Positions 57,946 through 64,000 of a stretch of 64,000 bases of DNA are shown piece after piece; position 1 is the first letter of the stretch; each line of letters opens with the position of its first letter. Source of the stretch: Candidatus Latescibacterota bacterium (lineage in GTDB: Bacteria; Latescibacterota; UBA2968; GCA-2709665); contig OZ244937.1 of assembly GCA_965222075.1 (NCBI GenBank), forward strand, positions 512,001 through 576,000, written 5' to 3'. A model generated the notes under the pieces. That model saw only the letters and a program-made list of their open reading frames with translations, made no database searches and was not told the origin of the DNA. A program made the position numbers and the translations under genes.

Positions 57946-58986
57946 TCAGGGGACAGGCACGGCGTCTGCCAGGGTGAAGGTGTGAGCCATCAGGTCGACC
58001 TGTCGCAGGTAGGGTTCTTTCTTTTTGTTGGGGGCAAAAACGCCGACATCGACAAAGAAGAACCGGTCCAGGTCGACATCCACAAAGGCGTAGCTCTTAA
58101 AGGGGCCACCCGTCCAGTTGGCCTCGTTTTCCCACATGCCCTGCAGGGAGACGGCCAGCTTTCCGGAAAACTCGGACTGAGAGACGTCCACATCTTCCGC
58201 CACGATCCGGTCCCCGTCGAAGAACCGCCGGGTGATTTCATCCCGCTTCCGGATACACCACTCACCCGTTACCCGGTCGGGGGGGATGCCGTCTTCCCAG
58301 TAGACGAAGAGCCACCGATTGGGATTTTCCTTGGCCAGGACGACAAATCCACTGTCGGGGTAAGCCTCTATGATCCGATAACCGAAGGATACTCGAACGC
58401 TCCAGCCAAAATCACGCGCCAGCCGGGTCGTGAGTTCCTTTCGTTCTCCGTAACGGTAGATGAGCTGCTTTACCCTTTTGTCTCTGGCCTCTTCAACGGC
58501 ACGGTAGAGCCGGTCTGCTTCCATTCTGATGTTTTCCACCAGGGCTTTCAGGTCTTTTCCAGTGGCGGTTAACAGGATCTGTTCTCTGGCCCAGATGTCG
58601 TCTTTCCAGGAGATGGAAGCGGTGCCGGCGCGTACGGCGCTTTGCACGTCCGGACTCAGGAGAGACCGCAGAAACCGGGCGGTGGGGTGGGACGCATCCA
58701 GCGGTGCGGCGACCAGGAGGTTCTTGCGCCTTTTGTGTTCGTATTCGTCAAAGTAGGCCACGTCCCCGCGCCGGATCCAGAAGATTTTCTCCGCCTGGGG
58801 GGTGTAAAGGACCTTTTCGAAGACATCCCGCAAAGGCTGCTCGAGGGTTTTCCAGTCGGAAGAATCGGCCAGGACGACGATTGCCTGGTTGGGGCCTACC
58901 GATTCGGGGAGATGATCCCCGCAGCCGACCTCCAGGAGGGCGCAGGCGACAAGGACCACGGGCCACGGAACACGGAGTTGGGACAT
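57946..58986 (-). CDS. DUF4837-like lipoprotein
   Basis: Lipobox-like EVGC, TPQAE, DIWAREQ, GMWE...GGPF, APNKKKEPYLRQ. Confidence 0.75.
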   Translation of the reverse strand: MSQLRVPWPVVLVACALLEVGCGDHLPESVGPNQAIVVLADSSDWKTLEQPLRDVFEKVLYTPQAEKIFWIRRGDVAYFDEYEHKRRKNLLVAAPLDASHPTARFLRSLLSPDVQSAVRAGTASISWKDDIWAREQILLTATGKDLKALVENIRMEADRLYRAVEEARDKRVKQLIYRYGERKELTTRLARDFGWSVRVSFGYRIIEAYPDSGFVVLAKENPNRWLFVYWEDGIPPDRVTGEWCIRKRDEITRRFFDGDRIVAEDVDVSQSEFSGKLAVSLQGMWENEANWTGGPFKSYAFVDVDLDRFFFVDVGVFAPNKKKEPYLRQVDLMAHTFTLADAVPVP

Positions 58987-58995
58987 GCGATTTCT

Positions 58996-59658
58996 TTACG
59001 CTTCGAGTGTGTTGTGGTAGACCAGCCCGGCTATTGCACCGCCCAGGAGCGGGCCGACCCAGTAGAGCCACAGGTTTTGCAGGCCGCCCCCCAGCAGGGC
59101 GGGGCCGAGGTGCCGGGCGGGGTTCAGGGCCGCTCCGGTGATGGAGCCGCCGATGAGGATGCCCGAGGCGAGGGTCAGGCCGATGAAGAGGCCGCCGACT
59201 TTGGGGGCACGCCCGTCTATGGCCGTCCCGTAGACGACGAATACGAGGAAGAAGGTCAGGATAATTTCCATGACCAGCCCCATGCCGGCTGAGATCCCTG
59301 CTCCAAGGGCGGGGGTTCCCATGCTTACGGCGGCAAGCGCAGCCGCAGGCATGGCGAGTTTGATCAAGGCCGCGGCAACGATCCCGCCCAGACACTGGGC
59401 GACAATATACCCAATGGCATTGGGTACGTCGATTTTTCCGCCCAGAAGCGCGCCGAGGGTCACGGCAGGGTTGATGTGCCCACCACTGATTGCAGCGGTG
59501 GCGCTGACCATCACGGCGAGGGTGAGACCGTGGGCCAACGCGATGCCGACCAGACCGGACTGGCCACCCATCATATGGTTGCTGGCAATCGCACCGACAC
59601 CGACGAAGACGAGCGCGAAGGTGCCGATGAATTCCGCGAGCAATGCTTTCCCGTTCAT
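58996..59658 (-). CDS. MIP/aquaporin family channel
   Basis: AEFIGTF, SGGHINPAVT, LNPAR, YWVGP. Confidence 0.95.
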   Translation of the reverse strand: MNGKALLAEFIGTFALVFVGVGAIASNHMMGGQSGLVGIALAHGLTLAVMVSATAAISGGHINPAVTLGALLGGKIDVPNAIGYIVAQCLGGIVAAALIKLAMPAAALAAVSMGTPALGAGISAGMGLVMEIILTFFLVFVVYGTAIDGRAPKVGGLFIGLTLASGILIGGSITGAALNPARHLGPALLGGGLQNLWLYWVGPLLGGAIAGLVYHNTLEA

Positions 59659-59780
59659 AAAAATACCTTCCCTTTAGCAAGAACGTGAGACGCCAACGGA
59701 CAATTGATGCCAAAATAATCGAATGGGTTGAAAAAATCAAGCGCAAACTGGTTGCTGCGTCCCGACGTCCGGCGCGGTGA

Positions 59781-62700
59781 CTACTGGAGGATCTCGAATC
59801 GGGAGCCGATGTCGGGGTATTTGGTGATTTCGATGTGTACGGGGAAGGCCTGTTTGAGCGCCTCCACATGGGTGATGACCAGGATTTTTTCGAAGTCGTT
59901 GCTGATGGCCTGGATGGCTTCCACGAGGTGGTCCAGGCCCTCCGCATCCTGGGTGCCGAATCCCTCGTCGATGACCAGGGTGCACAGCCGCGTGCCGGCC
60001 CGGCGGGCCAGGAGTTGGGAGAGGGCGATGCGAACCGCGAAGTCGACCCGGAAAGACTCGCCTCCGGAGTAGAGTTCGTAGCTGCGCTCTCCGAGTTCGT
60101 CGCTGATTTTGACCTCCAGCGTTTCCCGCGTGCCGCCCTTTTTGAGGTCCCGCAGGGATTCTAAGGCAATCTGGGTGCGGTTGTCGGTGAGCCGGGAGAG
60201 GATGCGGTTGGCCTCTTCCTCGATTTCGGGGATGGCCTGTTCGATGATGAGCGCCTGGATGCCGTCCTTGCCGAAGGCGGTGAAGAGCTCTGTGTAGATC
60301 CGGGTCTTCTTTTTGGCGGTTTTCAGGCGTTGCTGTTCCTCATCAAGGCGTCCTTCCAGACTTTTACACCGGTCAAGCTGGGTCTGCAGGGTTGCGCGTT
60401 CCTGCAGGAGGCGGTCGCGTTCGGGCCGTTTTTCCCGGATGCGGCCCTGGAGTTGCTCCGTTTCCTTTGCCGTGGCCTCGCCGGTTTTGACGGCTGCCTC
60501 AAGTTCGGTTGTCCGCGCCTTTGCACGGGCGGTCCGGGCCTGGACCTCTTCGCTCCGTTTATCAGCGGCCTCCAGGCGGGCCTGCGCGCCGGCGGCCTCC
60601 CGTTCTGCGGCCTGCAGGCGTTCTTGCTGTTCGGCAGCATCCTGGAGGGTTTCCAGGTTTTGTATGACCTGATGGTGGTGCGTCGAATCGTAGCCGAGGT
60701 CGCGGATTTCCGCCTGCCTGGTTTTAAGCGCTTCCTGGGCCTGCTGAGCGTAGCGCTTCTCACCCAGCCAGGTGCGGGCCAGGTCCCGTTTTTCCCGAAA
60801 GCCCGGCAGGGCGTCCGCTGCCCTTCGCCGGCGTTCCTCGGCGGCATGCAGGTGCGCCGCCCGGGTTTCAAAGGCGCTCAATTCCACCATCTGGTCGCGC
60901 AGTGCCCGATGGGCAGCAGGGTCGTAGCCGAGCCTTTCCAGTTCTTTTCGCGCTTCTGTTAGCGCACGGGCCTCCGGATGGGCCGTCTCCAGGTGTTTGG
61001 CCTGCGCTTCCAGGGCCGCAATCTGCTGCTGCTGCTCGCCCTGCGCGGCGGCGGCGGCTTCGGCACCGCGCAGGGCGGCCTCTGCTTGTGCGGCTTCTTG
61101 AGTGGCGCCTGCTAAGGCCACCAGACGGTTCTTCACTTCCTGGTAGCGCCGTCGGCAGGTTTCTCGTTCGGCCTCCGAGGCCCGGATTTCACCTTCGATT
61201 TGGGCGATTGTGGCTTTCAGGGCCTCTGCCTGTTCGGCCAGTTGTGCGTTGACCTGTGATCGGTGGTGCGGGTCGAGGTCGCTCCCGCAAAGGGGGCAGC
61301 GCGCATCCTGCATCTCGTCCAGGGCGGCTTGCCCTTTTTCGACCTCTTTCAGGTCTTTGGCCAGGCCGGTCAGCCGGTTGTGGGCGGCTTCAATCCGGGC
61401 CTTTAAACCAGTACCCTGTTCACGGATCTGATCTCGCTTTTCTTCCAGTTTTCGGATCTCTTCAAGCTGCCGGCAGGCGGTCTGAACCGCCTCTTGAAGC
61501 CGGGGATGCTCCGATGCGTTTTCTTCAAGCTGGCGCATCCGTTCCTGGTGGGTTTTCAGGGCGACCTGGATTTCTGAGCGTGCCGATTCCACCTGGCGTT
61601 CCAGGTCGCGCACCCTTTGCTCCAGCGTTTCCCGCTTTTCTCGCTGGTGTTCCCAGGCCTTCTCCTTTTCCCTTGCTCTTTGCAGGGCCGCGGTTCCGGC
61701 TTTGATCTCTTGCCGGTCTTTCAGGAGGTCTTCGGCTTCTTTGATTTCCCGCTCCGCTTCGGTGAGCCGGAGTTCCCATTCGCCCAGGCGGCTCTCGACC
61801 CTGTGTCGGGCCTCGGTAATGTCCTTTTCGAGTTCGTTCTGGCCTTTTTCCAGGGTACGGAGGGTGCGCAGTTTCTGTTGGAGCCGGGCCTCTTCGGCCT
61901 GCAGGGCGCGTTGTTGTCCAACCGCGGCGAGGATGTCGTCCCGGTGGTCGAGGACCTCGCAGCAGGCCGCCAGCGCTTCTCGCGCAGCAGAGGCCTGGGT
62001 CTCTGCTGCGGCCCGGTCTGCATTGAGCCGGGAGGTTTCTGTCCGAAGGTCGGCCAGTTCCTGTCGGTGGAGGTCCAGCCGGGCCTGTTCTGCCCGGAGG
62101 GTTTCCAGGCGGACCTCGGCTTCGGCCAGTTCCTCTTCGAGGGCTTCCCATTGCGTAGAGACGGCTTTGATCTCTTTTTGGTATCCCCCCTTTTTGTCGA
62201 TGGCCGCTTCGATTTCGGCCAGCTGCGCCCGGGCCTGTCCGGCTTGGGCTTCGGCATGCTGGGCGTGGGTGCGGGCGAGGGCAGACAGGTCGTCGTAGCG
62301 CGACAGGGCCAGGATTTCGCCCAGGATGGTCTTTCGCTCCCGGGCGCTGCGCCGGGTAAATTCGTCTGCCCGCCCCTGGAGGATAAAGGCCGAGTTGATG
62401 AACGTGTCGTAGGTCATACGGAGCAGGGCGTTGAGCCGCTCCTGGGTCTTGCGGAGCGACCCGCCTTCGGAGAGGGTTTTGAAATTTCCCTCGCTGAAGG
62501 CCTGGAGCTCTAAGCTGGAGGCGCTGCTCCGTCCTGTTTTCCGGTAGCTCCGGGCCACCCTGTAGCGTTCGCCTTCGAGGTTAAATTCGAAGGCGACCTG
62601 CATTTCGGTCGCACCGGTGCGGAGGAGGCCCTCGTCGGGTTTGTGCTCCGTTCCAGCCTTTCGGGCCTCTCCCCAGAGGGCCCAGGTGACCGCGTCTAAG

Positions 62701-62825
62701 AGAGCGGATTTGCCATGACCGTTTGGGCCGGAGATGCAGGCCACGTGGAAGGCGGTAAAATTGAGGGGGGGCACGCCTTCGCCGTAGCTGAGGAAGTTTC
62801 TAAGGGAGAGGGATATCGGTACCAT
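59781..62825 (-). CDS. sbcC: SbcC/Rad50-type SMC ATPase
   Basis: GPNGHGKS, long coiled coil with CPLC zinc hook, YSGGE, VIDEGFG. Confidence 0.92.
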   Translation of the reverse strand: MVPISLSLRNFLSYGEGVPPLNFTAFHVACISGPNGHGKSALLDAVTWALWGEARKAGTEHKPDEGLLRTGATEMQVAFEFNLEGERYRVARSYRKTGRSSASSLELQAFSEGNFKTLSEGGSLRKTQERLNALLRMTYDTFINSAFILQGRADEFTRRSARERKTILGEILALSRYDDLSALARTHAQHAEAQAGQARAQLAEIEAAIDKKGGYQKEIKAVSTQWEALEEELAEAEVRLETLRAEQARLDLHRQELADLRTETSRLNADRAAAETQASAAREALAACCEVLDHRDDILAAVGQQRALQAEEARLQQKLRTLRTLEKGQNELEKDITEARHRVESRLGEWELRLTEAEREIKEAEDLLKDRQEIKAGTAALQRAREKEKAWEHQREKRETLEQRVRDLERQVESARSEIQVALKTHQERMRQLEENASEHPRLQEAVQTACRQLEEIRKLEEKRDQIREQGTGLKARIEAAHNRLTGLAKDLKEVEKGQAALDEMQDARCPLCGSDLDPHHRSQVNAQLAEQAEALKATIAQIEGEIRASEAERETCRRRYQEVKNRLVALAGATQEAAQAEAALRGAEAAAAAQGEQQQQIAALEAQAKHLETAHPEARALTEARKELERLGYDPAAHRALRDQMVELSAFETRAAHLHAAEERRRRAADALPGFREKRDLARTWLGEKRYAQQAQEALKTRQAEIRDLGYDSTHHHQVIQNLETLQDAAEQQERLQAAEREAAGAQARLEAADKRSEEVQARTARAKARTTELEAAVKTGEATAKETEQLQGRIREKRPERDRLLQERATLQTQLDRCKSLEGRLDEEQQRLKTAKKKTRIYTELFTAFGKDGIQALIIEQAIPEIEEEANRILSRLTDNRTQIALESLRDLKKGGTRETLEVKISDELGERSYELYSGGESFRVDFAVRIALSQLLARRAGTRLCTLVIDEGFGTQDAEGLDHLVEAIQAISNDFEKILVITHVEALKQAFPVHIEITKYPDIGSRFEILQ

Positions 62826-64000
62826 CAGCCGCTTCCTTCCAGGAGTTCCCGTTCCAGACGGGCTGCACAGGTCTGCAGGTCATCTTCGAGGTCTTCCAGT
62901 TCGGGGTGGTTCTGCACGTAAGCGTGCAGGGCCTCTTTAAGGCCCATATCTTCGGAGATGTCTGCGCGGCGTATGTGGGCCTGCGCCCTGGGTTTGGGGG
63001 CAATACCGGCCACGAGGAAGGCGGCCTCGAGGGCCTGTTTGACGGCCTTGAGGTCCACGGTGTCGGGCCGGTTGTCCGCGAGTTCGTAGATGACGCGGGC
63101 GACCGCGTCGGTGAGGGTGTGGCGTCCGATCTCCTCCAGGATGGCCGTGGTGGGATCTTCGTCCCCTTTGACTTTGACGGACAGTGTTTTAAACGGGCGC
63201 GCCGGGGTTCGCACAAAGCGGTAACTCACCTCTCGTTTGGACCCGTCTTCGGCGGCCGCTTCCCGGTCACCGATCGTGACCATGCAGACCCCTTTGGTTT
63301 CGGCTTCTTCGCCGAAGTCGATCCGTTCGATGCTGCCGGGATAGACCACGGGGGGATGCCCATGCGGGTTGAGGTCCTGGAATTTGTGGATGTGTCCCAA
63401 GGCGACGTAGTCGAAGGCGGGGTTGGCCAGGGTGCTGGTGAGGAAGACCGGGTCGCGCCCGATGATGGCGGTCTGTTCCGATCCGGAGAGGGTGGCTTCT
63501 GCGGCGGCCACATGCGCGGCCAGGATGGCGGGATAGCGGGGGTCCACCCGGGCGGCCAGGCCCTCGATGATCTGTGCGCCCAGGTCCTGAAGCACCTCTA
63601 CGGTTTCCTCCTGAGAGAGGTTCCGATAGGGGGTTTTGGCCACCAGCCGGCTGCGGTGGAGCCAGGGCAGGCAGGCCACCTGCACGGGGCCCGATTTGGT
63701 TTTTATGGTGAGGAGCTGGTCGTCCGAGGCCACATAGACGCCTTCTGTGCCGAGGGTGCCGAAGATGTCTAAGGAAGAGGCCTTTCCAAAGGCGACGGGG
63801 CTGTCGTGGTTGCCCGTGATGGTGACGATGGGTATTCGGGCGGCGACGAGCATCCGGATGAGGGAGGCGAATTCGCGCTGGTGGGTGGGGGTGGGATCGC
63901 AGGAGCGGTAGGCATCTCCGGCGAAGATGACCAGGTCCACCTCCTCCCTGAGGGCCTCTTCAAAGGCGAACCGGAGGCTTTTGACGAAGTCCTGCAACCG
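62825..64000 (-). CDS. sbcD: SbcD/Mre11 nuclease (5' end outside window)
   Basis: AGD, GNHD, YVALGHIH, YPGS..RIDFGE. Confidence 0.92.
   Translation of the reverse strand, partial: RLQDFVKSLRFAFEEALREEVDLVIFAGDAYRSCDPTPTHQREFASLIRMLVAARIPIVTITGNHDSPVAFGKASSLDIFGTLGTEGVYVASDDQLLTIKTKSGPVQVACLPWLHRSRLVAKTPYRNLSQEETVEVLQDLGAQIIEGLAARVDPRYPAILAAHVAAAEATLSGSEQTAIIGRDPVFLTSTLANPAFDYVALGHIHKFQDLNPHGHPPVVYPGSIERIDFGEEAETKGVCMVTIGDREAAAEDGSKREVSYRFVRTPARPFKTLSVKVKGDEDPTTAILEEIGRHTLTDAVARVIYELADNRPDTVDLKAVKQALEAAFLVAGIAPKPRAQAHIRRADISEDMGLKEALHAYVQNHPELEDLEDDLQTCAARLERELLEGSG

Noticed and set aside
114-63963. Many long overlapping or antisense ORFs (e.g. 12919-14757, 32299-33972, 58748-59947)
   Set aside because: Shadow frames of well-supported genes, as expected in high-GC DNA; no recognisable motifs
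1-64000. Reverse transcriptase for the DGR
   Set aside because: No ORF in the six-frame track shows RT motifs; the PP2C gene occupies the expected position

Overview
GC-rich bacterial chromosome segment. The dockerin/EF-hand-like, LRR, ankyrin and FGE-sulfatase repertoire resembles Latescibacterota/Gemmatimonadota-like host (sponge)-associated genomes; this is inference only. Bases 1-22.9 kb and 57-64 kb hold housekeeping genes: an M16 peptidase pair, a lysine riboswitch-dapA-pckG-dapB-transaldolase-like unit, purE, purD, a pyrH-like gene, tRNA-Cys, tRNA-Leu, an aquaporin and sbcCD. Bases 23-57 kb are a mosaic accessory region with pseudogenes, IS remnants, a 389-bp MITE and two toxin-antitoxin modules. 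Main finding 1: a diversity-generating retroelement (DGR) cassette with no reverse transcriptase in the window. It has a template repeat at 48210-48323, a variable repeat at 48595-48708 (16 of 18 mismatches at TR adenines), a GAA-loop hairpin and a gutted avd-like gene. Its target is the extracytoplasmic FGE/CLec domain of a transmembrane Ser/Thr kinase, set in an FHA/PP2C/MotA-ExbB/trypsin signalling cluster, and a second, decayed target copy lies nearby. Main finding 2: a family of tiny CCTG(C/T)CTG...CAG(G/A)CAGG palindromic insertions whose units are all multiples of 3 bp. They sit in frame inside genes, nest inside each other, and one has an empty-site paralog in the window. Several single-base frameshifts in short homopolymers may be assembly errors.
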